A stretch of DNA of 64,000 nt from Armatimonadota bacterium (lineage in GTDB: Bacteria; Armatimonadota; UBA5829; DTLH01). Where the stretch lies: the NCBI GenBank assembly GCA_039679675.1, contig JBDKUN010000062.1:81840-145839 (forward strand), read 5' to 3'. Below the pieces are notes generated by a model that saw only the letters and a program-made list of their open reading frames with translations, was not told where the DNA came from and ran no database searches. Position 1 is the stretch's first letter. Each line of letters opens with the position of its first letter. Positions 18,423 through 28,141 of this stretch are shown in pieces. The translations under genes were made by a program, and so were the position numbers.

Positions 18423-20155
18423 TGCTCGCTGTGTCCGCTTTCTTCGGACTCTTTCATAAGCTCCGTAAGTTTTCTAAGTAAAACCCTGGTCTCGCTTGTG
18501 GTCTCTCCCAGGATACCGGCTATCTCCTGGGCCATCAGCATCTGCTTTTCGATGACTTTTTCGGCGTTTTCCAGCGTCTCCTGCCGGATGTGGTCCAGCC
18601 GCGAGAGACCTTCCGTCGATTTATCCACGCTGGAGAGGATGCCGACCACGAGGTCTTCATCCTCAAGCCGGTAGACATTAAGGCAGCCGCTTACATGATA
18701 GTTCGGATAAGAGACTGTCTTGTTCGTGACCCGGTCTACCGCTTTGGCGAGTACCTTTTCGAAATCGGCAGGGTCCATCAGTATTGAGAGCGGTTTTCCG
18801 ACCAGTCCGGGAGTTGCCGAGAAGACTTGGGCAAACGCCGGGTTGAAATCTACGATCCTCAGGTTCAAATCGGCGATCACTATTGCATTCGGGCTCTCGT
18901 CGATGATCTGATCGGTCTTGCGTTCAGCCACTTTGCGCATCCATGGGATACACATCGCGTGCTCCGCCATCCCGGAAAGCACCGCTATAGCGTTCTCCCT
19001 GCATGTCGAGTAGCCGCAGGCTCCGCAGTTAAGCTCGTCGTCCATCGTGTGTTTTCCGGTCCGTGCCATAACGGTTTTGATCGCTTCCTCGCTGTATTCG
19101 GGCTGCTTTACCGGGCGTTCGCTTATTACGGACCGCAGATTGACTCCGTCCATCTCCGCGAGGATTGTCTCGTCATCCGATTTGAGCTGCATTCGCTTTT
19201 CATACTGAATGACCCGGTTTCTCCGCCGGAAAATATCGCGTGAGTTGCCGAAACATGCTCCGTTTATGCATCCTGCCGGGCAGAAAAGTGCCTCGAACAG
19301 CCTGATTGTGCTGCCGTTTTTGATGTTCTCAAGCATTTCATGCACAGGTTGGTTGCCTGATACTGCAGCGAAGTCCTGGCGCAGAAGGTTAGGCTGCATC
19401 GCCGCAGCGAGCGCAAGCCCTCCCTCAAGCGGGAAGAGCCTCGCATGAGAGGCCGCGATGTCGTCCATATCGCTGGCACGCAGTTGTTCCAGCTTGATGC
19501 TGTCGGATTCGATCCATGCACGCAGTTCTTCGAACGTCAGCACTACATCGACTGCCCCGGCAAGGTCGGGAAGTTCGGCTTCAGCCTTTTTTGCAGGACA
19601 TGGGCCGATGAAAATGACTTTTGCGTCAGGGTATTTTTTCTTGAGATACCTGCCGTGCGCTATCATCGGGGAAACGACCGGGGTGATTTGTCCTACAGCC
19701 CAGGTATAGTATTTCGTAATCAGGCTGACAAGGGCAGGGCATGCCGACGAGACATGAGTTTGTGGTTCCTCTTCGACAAGCTTTGCCGTTTCTTTCGCGA
19801 CCATTTCGGCCCCGACCGCCGTTTCGGTCACCATATCGAACCCCAGTTCCTTGAGGATCGCCGGGAAAAGTCCGCCTCCATACTCAGGAAAAGCGGCTAC
19901 ATAAGAAGGAGCGACGGACGCGATAACGCGCCCGTCGCCCTTTATTATCTCTATTGCTTTTTTCAGGTCGCTGCGAACCTGCTTGGCACGCTGAGGGCAT
20001 TCCCTCACACACGTGCCGCAGACGATGCATCTTTCCGCATCAACCTGAGCCTGCCCATCCGATATTCGGATCGCTTTGACGGGACACACCCGAACGCAGC
20101 GATAGCAGTCCCTGCATCTTGCCTTAATGGTCGATATTATCCCTTGAGTCGACAT
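18419..20155 (-). CDS. putative sensory [FeFe]-hydrogenase with FeS and PAS domains (group C, HydS/HfsB-like)
   Basis: Two CxxCxxCxxxCP clusters; variant H-cluster motifs SSACPA, GPCPAKKAE, EALFCPAGCING; NCGACGY; PAS-like region; C-terminal VIEKQM..AQEIAG.LGETT. Confidence 0.9.
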   Translation of the reverse strand: MSTQGIISTIKARCRDCYRCVRVCPVKAIRISDGQAQVDAERCIVCGTCVRECPQRAKQVRSDLKKAIEIIKGDGRVIASVAPSYVAAFPEYGGGLFPAILKELGFDMVTETAVGAEMVAKETAKLVEEEPQTHVSSACPALVSLITKYYTWAVGQITPVVSPMIAHGRYLKKKYPDAKVIFIGPCPAKKAEAELPDLAGAVDVVLTFEELRAWIESDSIKLEQLRASDMDDIAASHARLFPLEGGLALAAAMQPNLLRQDFAAVSGNQPVHEMLENIKNGSTIRLFEALFCPAGCINGACFGNSRDIFRRRNRVIQYEKRMQLKSDDETILAEMDGVNLRSVISERPVKQPEYSEEAIKTVMARTGKHTMDDELNCGACGYSTCRENAIAVLSGMAEHAMCIPWMRKVAERKTDQIIDESPNAIVIADLNLRIVDFNPAFAQVFSATPGLVGKPLSILMDPADFEKVLAKAVDRVTNKTVSYPNYHVSGCLNVYRLEDEDLVVGILSSVDKSTEGLSRLDHIRQETLENAEKVIEKQMLMAQEIAGILGETTSETRVLLRKLTELMKESEESGHSEH

Positions 20156-20420
20156 CGGGCTTCACCTTAGGTAGAACGTATTTAATGAAGAAATCCTCAG
20201 CTTTGTCCGGCGTTATGCCGCCAAAGATGGCTCCATCTACTATTACGTTCGGCGCCTGCATACAGTTCTCCAGGCATAAGTCCGCCTCTAGATCCACCTG
20301 ATCGGCAAGACCATGGGCTTCGATGAGCGATTTAAACACTTTGAGTGTTTTCGCTCCACCACGTATATGGCAGGAACTCCCAACGCAGACCTTTAATTCA
20401 AGCACAGGCCAGGCCTCCAC
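20124..20420 (-). CDS. thioredoxin-like [2Fe-2S] ferredoxin (HfsA-like)
   Basis: VCVGSSCHIRG...LCLENC..APNV. Confidence 0.85.
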   Translation of the reverse strand: MEAWPVLELKVCVGSSCHIRGGAKTLKVFKSLIEAHGLADQVDLEADLCLENCMQAPNVIVDGAIFGGITPDKAEDFFIKYVLPKVKPDVDSRDNIDH

Positions 20421-20421
20421 T

Positions 20422-22458
20422 TTAGTGTTTAGAAGCTTCGGATTCTACTAATGGCTTAATCGTCAGGTTGAAAAACTCCTCCACTTTATCAGGAGTAATT
20501 CCACCATGGATTTCGTCTCCTACCTGTACGTTCGGGCTCTGCATGCATTTCTCGAAGCAGAAAGTCGCCTTGAAATCGAGTTTGTCGGCGATTCCGGCCT
20601 TCTTTGAAAGCTCGATCAGCTGCTTCAGCGTGTCATAAGACCCACGGAGATAGCAGTTCGTGCCTATGCAGACGGATACCGGGATCTTCTCATCTGCCTG
20701 GATAGGCGTCAGCTCTACAGGCTCGCCGTCTATGCGGCGTCTTGCGCAGTAAGTCGTATGCAGAAGCTCATGCGCGATATGGCTGTTCGGTTTTCCGAGC
20801 AGCTTCTCGTAGCACTCTTTGACATAAGGGTTGTCCGCTGCATTATGGAGCGACTGGACTGCATCGCAGTCGTAGAGCATCTCTTTGCGGATCTCTCTTG
20901 CGGGCATATCGTTCGGAAGAGGCTGGCCGCCGCCGCCGATACATCCGCCACGGCAGGCCATGACTTCAATGATGTCATAATAGGCCTCGCCGGACTTGAT
21001 CTTCTCAAGAATTGTCCTTGCATTCGCAAGTCCGCTCACTACTGCAAGCTTCAGTTCCTTGTCGCCGAGCATGACGCTAGCTTCCTTGATTCCCTCAAGA
21101 CCTCTTACTTCCTGGAACTGGAGATTCTGGCCATTGTTGCCTTCTCCTCCGGCTGCAAGCCTCAGCACTGCTTCAGCAACGCCGCCGCTTGCTCCGAAGA
21201 TGACTCCTGCGCCTGTCTTGAACCCGAAAGGCAAGTCCATGGAACCAGGAGGAAGCTCCCTGAGCTGAAGTCCTGCCTGGCCGATCATCTTTATCAGTTC
21301 CTGGCTCGAAAGGACTACGTTCACGTCGGGATCGCCGTTCACGCTGAACTCGGGGCGCTTGGCCTCGAACTTCTTAGCTGTGCAGGGCATTACCGACACG
21401 ACGAATATGTTCTCTCTCGAAACTTTAAGCTCTTCGGAGAGATGCTTCTTAACAAGTGTGCCGAACATCTGCTGCGGGCTCTTGCATGTAGAAAGGTTCG
21501 GGAGATATTCGGAGTAGAATTGCTCCGCGAACTTGACCCACCCAGGACAGCAGCTTGTGAACTGCGGCAGTTTTTCGCCCTTGGCTACGCGGCCAAGGAA
21601 CTCTGTTGCTTCTTCGACTGTCGTCAGGTCGGCTGTGTAGGATGTATCGTATACCTTGTCGAACCCCATGCGTCGGAGCGCGGTAATGGCTTTTGACATC
21701 GCCTGCTCACCGTGGCCAAGTCCGTATTCCATCGCAAGAGCTGCTCTTACAGCCGGTGCAATCTGGACGATGACGGTCTTGTCCTTGTCATGGATCGCAT
21801 TCCAGACTTCGTCTATCTGTGTCTTGACGGTGAGCGCGCCAGTAGGACAGATCGATGCGCACTGTCCGCAGAAGACGCATTCGACCTTGTTCAACGGCTT
21901 CCCAAAGGCGGGGGTAACCCGTGCATTGCTGCCCCGGCCTGCGAAGTCCAGAACGCCTATGCCCTGGACCTCTTTGCACATTCTCACGCAGTCACCGCAG
22001 AGGATGCACTTGTTCGGATCCCGGACTATCGACTGGTTAGAGCTGTCTATCGGCAAGAGATCGTCCGTATTTTCCTCGAACCTGACTTTCTTTACACCAA
22101 GCCTTTCGGCAAGTTCCTGCAGCCTGCAGTGAGTATTCTTGTCGCAGGTCTGGCAGTTGCCGTGGTGGTTGGCGAGCATCAGCTCAAGCGCCATCCGCCT
22201 GATCCGCATCGTGGTTTCGGTGTTAGTGTGAACAACCATTCCGTCCACGGGCGGAGTCGAACAAGTCGGCTGTATGCCGCGTCCTTCGATCTCGGCTATG
22301 CACATTCTACATGCGCCGTAGACCGACAGCTCTGAATGGTAACAGAATGTCGGCAGATCGACTCCCGACGCCCGTATTACCTCAAGCAGGTTTTTCCTGC
22401 CATCTATCGGGGTCTTTACCCCGTCAACTATCACGTATCCTTCGTTTTGTTTGTCCAT
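20422..22458 (-). CDS. hydA: electron-bifurcating [FeFe]-hydrogenase catalytic subunit (group A3) with C-terminal thioredoxin-like [2Fe-2S] domain
   Basis: Canonical FTSCCPGW, MPCTAKKFE, EVMACRGGCIGGGG; N-terminal 2Fe-2S, His-ligated and 2x4Fe-4S motifs. Confidence 0.93.
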   Translation of the reverse strand: MDKQNEGYVIVDGVKTPIDGRKNLLEVIRASGVDLPTFCYHSELSVYGACRMCIAEIEGRGIQPTCSTPPVDGMVVHTNTETTMRIRRMALELMLANHHGNCQTCDKNTHCRLQELAERLGVKKVRFEENTDDLLPIDSSNQSIVRDPNKCILCGDCVRMCKEVQGIGVLDFAGRGSNARVTPAFGKPLNKVECVFCGQCASICPTGALTVKTQIDEVWNAIHDKDKTVIVQIAPAVRAALAMEYGLGHGEQAMSKAITALRRMGFDKVYDTSYTADLTTVEEATEFLGRVAKGEKLPQFTSCCPGWVKFAEQFYSEYLPNLSTCKSPQQMFGTLVKKHLSEELKVSRENIFVVSVMPCTAKKFEAKRPEFSVNGDPDVNVVLSSQELIKMIGQAGLQLRELPPGSMDLPFGFKTGAGVIFGASGGVAEAVLRLAAGGEGNNGQNLQFQEVRGLEGIKEASVMLGDKELKLAVVSGLANARTILEKIKSGEAYYDIIEVMACRGGCIGGGGQPLPNDMPAREIRKEMLYDCDAVQSLHNAADNPYVKECYEKLLGKPNSHIAHELLHTTYCARRRIDGEPVELTPIQADEKIPVSVCIGTNCYLRGSYDTLKQLIELSKKAGIADKLDFKATFCFEKCMQSPNVQVGDEIHGGITPDKVEEFFNLTIKPLVESEASKH

Positions 22459-22460
22459 CT

Positions 22461-24353
22461 CTATAGCTCCACTGCTCCAAGGCGGCAAACATCGTGGCAT
22501 ACACCGCACTTTATACACTTCTCAGGGTCAATCGTGTGAGGCTGCCTGAGCTCTCCGCTGATTGCTCCAACCGGACACTTCTTGGCGCACAGGCCGCAGC
22601 CTTTGCACTTTTCCGGATTGATCTTATATGTCTTGAATGCCTGGCACTCTCCTGCCGGACACTTGCCGTCAACTACGTGGGCAATGTACTCGTCGCGGAA
22701 GTGTCTGAGCGTCGAAAGTACCGGGTTTGGTGCAGTCTTGCCCAGTCCGCAGAGCGATCCGTCTCTGACCGCTGTAGCTACCTCTTCGAGAAGATCGATA
22801 TCTTCGAGTTTCGCGCGGCCTTCCACGATTTTGGTCAGGATTTCGAGCATCCTTTTCGTTCCTTCACGGCAGAGAACGCACTTTCCGCAGGATTCCTTCT
22901 GGGTGAACTGCATAAAGAACCTTGCGAACTCCACCATACAGGTGTCTTCGTCCGTTACAACGAGTCCGCCGGACCCTACCATCGCTCCGACTGCCTTAAG
23001 TGAATCGTAGTCGAGCGGAAGGTCAAGGTGCTCTTTGGTCAGACATCCGCCTGAAGGCCCACCAATCTGAACAGCCTTGAAATCTCTGCCGGTCCTGAGT
23101 CCGCCGCCGATCTTGAATACGACATCACCAAGGGTCGTGCCCATCGGGACCTCGATAAGACCCGTGTTCTTCACTGCGCCGGTGATAGCGAATACCTTTG
23201 TTCCAGGTGACTTCTCTACGCCGAACCCGCGGAACCACTGAGCGCCGTTCAGGATGATCTTCGGCACGTTTGCAAACGTCTCGACGTTATTCACGACGGT
23301 CGGCTTACCCCAGAGTCCTGAGTTTGCAGGGAATGGCGGTTTAGGCCTGGGCATACCTCTCTGGCCTTCGATTGAAGCGATCAGCGCGGTCTCTTCACCG
23401 CATACGAACGCTCCGGCACCTTCCTTGATGTGAATATTGAATGAGAACGGCCCGCCCAGGATGTTGTTTCCGAGCAGATTAGCTGCCTCAGCCTGAGCTA
23501 TAGCGGTTTTGAGCCGCTTGATTGCAAGCGGATACTCGGCTCTTACGTAAATATAACCCTCATCCGCGCCGATTGCATAACCTGCGATGATCATGCCTTC
23601 GAGCAGTGCGTGAGGATTGCCTTCCATAACGCTTTCATCCATGAACGCGCCGGGGTCGCCCTCGTCAGCGTTGCATACAATGTATTTCTTTGCGTTTTGC
23701 GCTTTTCGGGTGAATCCCCATTTGACTCCGGTCGGGAATCCGCCGCCGCCTCTACCACGCAGGCCGGACTCTGTGATCTCAGCTATGACCGCGTCGGATG
23801 TAAGGCCGAAAAGTGCTTCGGCAGCAGCGCGGTAGCCGTCTTTTGCTATGTAATCTCTGATGTCTTCCGGCTCGATGATCCCGCATTCGGCCAGGACTAC
23901 ATTCACCTGGTTCCTGTAGAACGGAATATCGTTCCGTTTGGCAAAGATTTCACCGGTCGCTTCTTCTGTGTAAAGGAGTCTTGTGACCAGTTCGCCGTTC
24001 TTTACGGTTTTTTCGACTATCTCAGCCACATCTTCGGGAGATACTCTGATATAGAAGGTATCGGATGGGAGAATTCTTACAATCGGGCCGACCTGGCAGA
24101 ATCCGGGACAGCCGCTGTAACCGAGCCGCACAGCGTCTTCCTTGCTCTCATCCAAAAGATCGACTTTGATCTTTACTCCCTGCTTTTCCATCTCTTTCTG
24201 GAATGCTTCATAGACCGCGGGAGCGCCGTTTGCCATACACCCGGTCCCGCCGCAGACCAGCACGCGGGTGCAGCCGTTCTCGATGGCTGCCAGGGCCTTT
24301 TGCTTAAGCTCTGCAAGCTCCTGAGGAGACTTGATGTTAGTTACAGGTGTCAT
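22461..24353 (-). CDS. hydB: NADH/FMN-binding NuoF-like hydrogenase subunit
   Basis: GLRGRGGGGFPTG, NADEGDPG, GAGAFVCGEETAL, ESCGKC..CREG, C-terminal 2x4Fe-4S. Confidence 0.93.
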   Translation of the reverse strand: MTPVTNIKSPQELAELKQKALAAIENGCTRVLVCGGTGCMANGAPAVYEAFQKEMEKQGVKIKVDLLDESKEDAVRLGYSGCPGFCQVGPIVRILPSDTFYIRVSPEDVAEIVEKTVKNGELVTRLLYTEEATGEIFAKRNDIPFYRNQVNVVLAECGIIEPEDIRDYIAKDGYRAAAEALFGLTSDAVIAEITESGLRGRGGGGFPTGVKWGFTRKAQNAKKYIVCNADEGDPGAFMDESVMEGNPHALLEGMIIAGYAIGADEGYIYVRAEYPLAIKRLKTAIAQAEAANLLGNNILGGPFSFNIHIKEGAGAFVCGEETALIASIEGQRGMPRPKPPFPANSGLWGKPTVVNNVETFANVPKIILNGAQWFRGFGVEKSPGTKVFAITGAVKNTGLIEVPMGTTLGDVVFKIGGGLRTGRDFKAVQIGGPSGGCLTKEHLDLPLDYDSLKAVGAMVGSGGLVVTDEDTCMVEFARFFMQFTQKESCGKCVLCREGTKRMLEILTKIVEGRAKLEDIDLLEEVATAVRDGSLCGLGKTAPNPVLSTLRHFRDEYIAHVVDGKCPAGECQAFKTYKINPEKCKGCGLCAKKCPVGAISGELRQPHTIDPEKCIKCGVCHDVCRLGAVEL

Positions 24354-24355
24354 CT

Positions 24356-24883
24356 TTATGCCTCCTCCTTCTCGGCGGCTTCGAGTTCATCAATCGCTTT
24401 GGTGACCTTGTCTGCCGTCATCTGTCCGTGGACCTTGCCGTTGACGACGACCGCAGGCGCAAGAGCGCAGGCGCCGATACAGCTCACTATGTCGAGCGTG
24501 TAGCGCATGTCTTTGGTCGTCTTCTCGCCGTCTTTCAGACCGAGTTTCTGTCTGATGGCTTTGATGACTGCGGTATTTTTCCGGACATGGCATGCTGTGC
24601 CGTCGCATGCTTTGATAATGAACTTGCCTTTGGGCTCCAAGGAGAACTGTGCGTAGAAGGTTGCGACTCCATAAACCGTCGCGGGCGGCAGATTTAGTGC
24701 TGTCGCTACGAAGGTCAGAATCTCCTCTGGAAGGTATCTATATTCTTCCTGCACTTTTTGCAGGATCGGTATGAGAGCGCTTTCGGTTGCCCCATACTCT
24801 TGTATGATTGCCTGGATTCGCTCAAATTGCCTTCGAGCGGTTGATCCGGCATCGGCTGCTGTTGTCGACTGTGACAATTGCAA
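24356..24883 (-). CDS. hydC: NuoE-like [2Fe-2S] hydrogenase subunit (TTG start after GGAGG; ORF extends to 24898)
   Basis: GVATFYAQF, CDGTACHV, CIGACALAP. Confidence 0.92.
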   Translation of the reverse strand: MQLSQSTTAADAGSTARRQFERIQAIIQEYGATESALIPILQKVQEEYRYLPEEILTFVATALNLPPATVYGVATFYAQFSLEPKGKFIIKACDGTACHVRKNTAVIKAIRQKLGLKDGEKTTKDMRYTLDIVSCIGACALAPAVVVNGKVHGQMTADKVTKAIDELEAAEKEEA

Positions 24884-25014
24884 GAACCTCCGTTTCACGA
24901 TTGTTGGTGTGGGTGTTGGTGCTAGTCGTGTGAAACCTGCGGGCCGGCTATCTCCCGCGGTACCAACACCAAACCCGCGCTATAACGCGGATACACCCGT
25001 CACCTAACATTTGA

Positions 25015-25650
25015 TTACATCGCTAATTTCATGCGATAAGAAAGTGTTATCAAACCCCAGGCCAGGGATTGGTTTTCAACCACTATATTTTCAGGTGCCG
25101 AAATTTTAATGGGTGCGAAGTTCCAGATAGAGCGGACCCCTGCATTTACCAGATGGTTCGCTGTATCTTGAGCTGCGCTTGCCGGGACCGTTATAATCCC
25201 GGTCTCGATCTCTTCGGATTTAATTACTCCGAATATTTCGTTGATACTTTTTACCTGTACGTCTTCCAGAGCTTCGAGCCCTATGACATTCGGGTCACGG
25301 TCGAATACGGCTGCAAGCCTGAATCCAGCCTTGCTCCAGATATTGCTTCCCGCGAGGGCGCGGCCCAGGTTGCCGAACCCGACGAGACAGGCGGATTTTG
25401 CGCGGTCCATATCGAAAGCGTTACGTATGAGCTGCGCCAGGTCCGAAACGTCATAACCGACTCTCGGCTTACCGTCTGTTCCGAGCCCGAACAAGTCTTG
25501 TCTGATTTTAACTGGAGCGAGCCCGGCATATTCCCCGATTTCAGCACTGGTGACGTGCGTGCGGCCCTCTTTCTGCATCTGCTCGAGTACTTCCAGATAC
25601 AACTCCAGCCTTACGACTGAGGCTCTTGAAAGCTTTTTCAAGTTACTCAT
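25015..25650 (-). CDS. rex: redox-sensing transcriptional repressor Rex
   Basis: RL..Y, VTSAEIG, IRQDL..LG..GK..VGY winged helix; VGFGNLGRAL Rossmann motif; IWNFAP. Confidence 0.92.
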   Translation of the reverse strand: MSNLKKLSRASVVRLELYLEVLEQMQKEGRTHVTSAEIGEYAGLAPVKIRQDLFGLGTDGKPRVGYDVSDLAQLIRNAFDMDRAKSACLVGFGNLGRALAGSNIWSKAGFRLAAVFDRDPNVIGLEALEDVQVKSINEIFGVIKSEEIETGIITVPASAAQDTANHLVNAGVRSIWNFAPIKISAPENIVVENQSLAWGLITLSYRMKLAM

Positions 25651-25670
25651 TCCACAATCCACCAGTGTTT

Positions 25671-25690
25671 ATCGTTAAGTATTTAACGAT
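25671..25690. promoter_or_regulatory. putative Rex operator 1, over the transcription start
   Basis: Perfect palindrome ATCGTTAA-GTAT-TTAACGAT, resembling TTGTTAA-N4-TTAACAA. Confidence 0.7.
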
Positions 25691-25693
25691 TAT

Positions 25694-25722
25694 ATTGTAC
25701 CCTGCCGTCTGCTACATGTCAA
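25694..25722 (-). promoter_or_regulatory. sigma70 promoter of the rex-hyd operon
   Basis: TTGACA-17 nt-TACAAT. Confidence 0.75.
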
Positions 25723-25738
25723 GGTAATTACGGAGTAA

Positions 25739-25756
25739 TTGTGAAATATTTCACCG
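25739..25756. promoter_or_regulatory. putative Rex operator 2
   Basis: TTGTGAA-ATAT-TTCACCG versus the consensus TTGTGAA-N4-TTCACAA. Confidence 0.65.
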
Positions 25757-25784
25757 GAAGGGGGATTGGTAGAGAATCGCAAGT

Positions 25785-26151
25785 CAGGTTTCGGGACAAG
25801 GGTGTCCCGAAACAACGAATTATTACTCGACACCTGCGGTATCGGCTTCGGCAGCAAGCAGTCCGAAGCAACTAATAACGTCATGCTGAACTAAGGAGTT
25901 TCAGGTAATACCTGAAACTCCTTAGTTCAGCATCCAGGAAAGCTTCCCAAATTGGTGGAGAGTCGTGCTTTTACACTGCGGAAATGGCAGATTCAGGATA
26001 ATTGTGCAATATGCGCAGAATCAATTCCCGCAGCAACGGAAAAATTGGTGGAAGTTCGTGCTTCTCCCCGTGGTCCGGTAGGTCCACGGGGAGAAGCACG
26101 AACTGCGGTCCCGAAGCATACGTATCTCCACCTTCCGCGTCTCCGCGGTTC
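25785..26151. repeat. mosaic intergenic palindrome cluster A
   Basis: Hairpins at 25788-25813, 25845-25869, 25883-25933 (25-bp arms) and 26053-26104 (21-bp arms); modules shared in inverted orientation with 29293-29682. Confidence 0.88.
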
Positions 26152-26160
26152 GGTAGTTGC

Positions 26161-27006
26161 CTACATCTTTACGGCTACAAAGAGCAGGATGAACACCCCA
26201 AGCGCAAGGCGGTACCAAACGAAGACGTTTACGCTGTGTTTTCTTAAATATCCAAGCAGAAATCTGATAGTTATGTAGCCGACTACAGCGGAACTGACCA
26301 CACCGGCAATAAAAGCTGTAACCTCATTATGAGGAATTCCGCCATGCATTATATCCTTGGCATGGGTTAGCGCGGCAGCCAGTATGATAGGCGTGGAAAG
26401 CAAAAACGAGAACCGTGCGGCTGAGTCTCTGTCCATCCCACGGGCCAGTCCTGCGCTGATAGTTGCGCCTGACCGTGACACCCCCGGCACAAGCGCTGCC
26501 GCCTGAGCAAACCCGATGGCTACCCAGTCCATAAAGCACATTTGAGCCAGTTTCTTTTTCTTCTTGCTGCCGTATTTGTCGCATGCATACATAATAATAC
26601 CGACTACGATCAGCATCGAGGCTACAACCAGCATAACCTGTGTGTCCAGACTTTTGGTCTGTTCTATTCTGTCGATTGTGTCGTTGAGCAGGAGTCCAAA
26701 TATTCCCGCCGGGACACAGCCGATCACTATACCCCAGAACAGGTTTCTTCCGAAGCGAGGGCTTGCCGCATGTGGTTTCCTTAATGCGGTGTTTACTACC
26801 GGGCGCAGCACGTCTATCCAATCCCGCCAGAAGTAGCTTATCACAGCCAGAAGCGTGCCGAAGTGAAGAGCCACATCGAATGTAATACCGGCATCGCTCC
26901 ATCCAAACAATCTCGGAATGAGCCGCAGGTGTCCTGTGCTGCTGATAGGCAGAAATTCCGTTGCACCCTGGACTATTCCGAGGATAATGGCGTGAAGAAC
27001 AGACAA
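26161..27006 (-). CDS. uppP: undecaprenyl-diphosphate phosphatase
   Basis: GIVQGATEFLPISSTGH and PGVSRSGATI. Confidence 0.95.
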   Translation of the reverse strand: MSVLHAIILGIVQGATEFLPISSTGHLRLIPRLFGWSDAGITFDVALHFGTLLAVISYFWRDWIDVLRPVVNTALRKPHAASPRFGRNLFWGIVIGCVPAGIFGLLLNDTIDRIEQTKSLDTQVMLVVASMLIVVGIIMYACDKYGSKKKKKLAQMCFMDWVAIGFAQAAALVPGVSRSGATISAGLARGMDRDSAARFSFLLSTPIILAAALTHAKDIMHGGIPHNEVTAFIAGVVSSAVVGYITIRFLLGYLRKHSVNVFVWYRLALGVFILLFVAVKM

Positions 27007-27007
27007 A

Positions 27008-28141
27008 TTACATACTCTCCGATCTGATTGTGCTTGAAGTCATGGTGTCGTCTGCTGCCAATTGCGCTAGGTGCCTTTGGCGGCGGGGTTTTACCACGTA
27101 GAGATAAACCAGTTCTCGGATTATTGCTGCGACCGGGGCTGCAAGGAACATTCCGAGTATTCCGAAGAACTCCGATCCGATCAAAAGGGCTATAAGGATT
27201 ATCGCGGGATGGAGCTTCATCCTGTCACCGATCAGAATCGGCATTATGAACTTGCTTTCTACGAAATGCATGATTATGACGAAGATCAGAAGCGAAACGC
27301 CGAGTTCCATAGATTGCAGCGCTCCGAGGATGCATATGGGTATCCCTGATGCCACCGGGCCGATGACCGGGATCGCTCTAGTTACTCCGGCGAAGACAGC
27401 GAGCACCAAAGCATACTTCATTCCGATGAGATTAAGCACTATTCCCGTAGCGACACCTGCAATGATGCACAATATTAGCTGTCCTACAACGTAACTCTGC
27501 AGGATCATGCCCGTGTCCCGCGTGATTTTCATAAATTCCCGCACGCGCCACTGCGGAACCAGCCCGATAAACTCGCGTTTCAGAGACCTGCTGTCCAGCA
27601 CGAAATAAAACGCCAAAACCGGGATCAGGATAAGCTCGAAAATGTTCTTCAGCCATTCCGCTGTGCTTTGCATAACCCGCTTCGTCGAAGCAGCGATTCC
27701 CGAACCAAGGCCCTTGAAGTCCTGATTTCCGAGGAACCTCCGCATGTCCTCCGGTACGTGCTTATCGTACCAATCCGAAATCTGCTGATATTTTGTCCCG
27801 GCTTGCTCTGAGTAGATCTCAAGCTGGCTGGTGAAGGTATCCATCTCGTTTCGGAACGGGGTTATAAAGAGCGTTATGGAGGCGCCGACTATGGCGAAGA
27901 ACAGAATAAAGACAATTATGGAAGCGACGAGCCGCCGCGTGCGTTTATTGATCGAAAGAAACTTCCGTGAGGAGAGAAGATCGACAGCAGGCATCAGCAC
28001 GTAGGCAAGCATCGCCGAGAGGATGACGGTAATGAGGACACTCCGAACTTTCCAGACGACCCAGACAAGGGCCACGGTCAAAACGATCCTTACAAGCAAG
28101 CTCCAGATTACGTTCAGCGTAGATTCTGTTCTTGTTCTCAT
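27008..28141 (-). CDS. AI-2E family (PerM-like) membrane transporter
   Basis: Multiple TM helices; IPVIGP, P..IG..MKLHP, GILGMFLAAP. Confidence 0.88.
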   Translation of the reverse strand: MRTRTESTLNVIWSLLVRIVLTVALVWVVWKVRSVLITVILSAMLAYVLMPAVDLLSSRKFLSINKRTRRLVASIIVFILFFAIVGASITLFITPFRNEMDTFTSQLEIYSEQAGTKYQQISDWYDKHVPEDMRRFLGNQDFKGLGSGIAASTKRVMQSTAEWLKNIFELILIPVLAFYFVLDSRSLKREFIGLVPQWRVREFMKITRDTGMILQSYVVGQLILCIIAGVATGIVLNLIGMKYALVLAVFAGVTRAIPVIGPVASGIPICILGALQSMELGVSLLIFVIIMHFVESKFIMPILIGDRMKLHPAIILIALLIGSEFFGILGMFLAAPVAAIIRELVYLYVVKPRRQRHLAQLAADDTMTSSTIRSESM

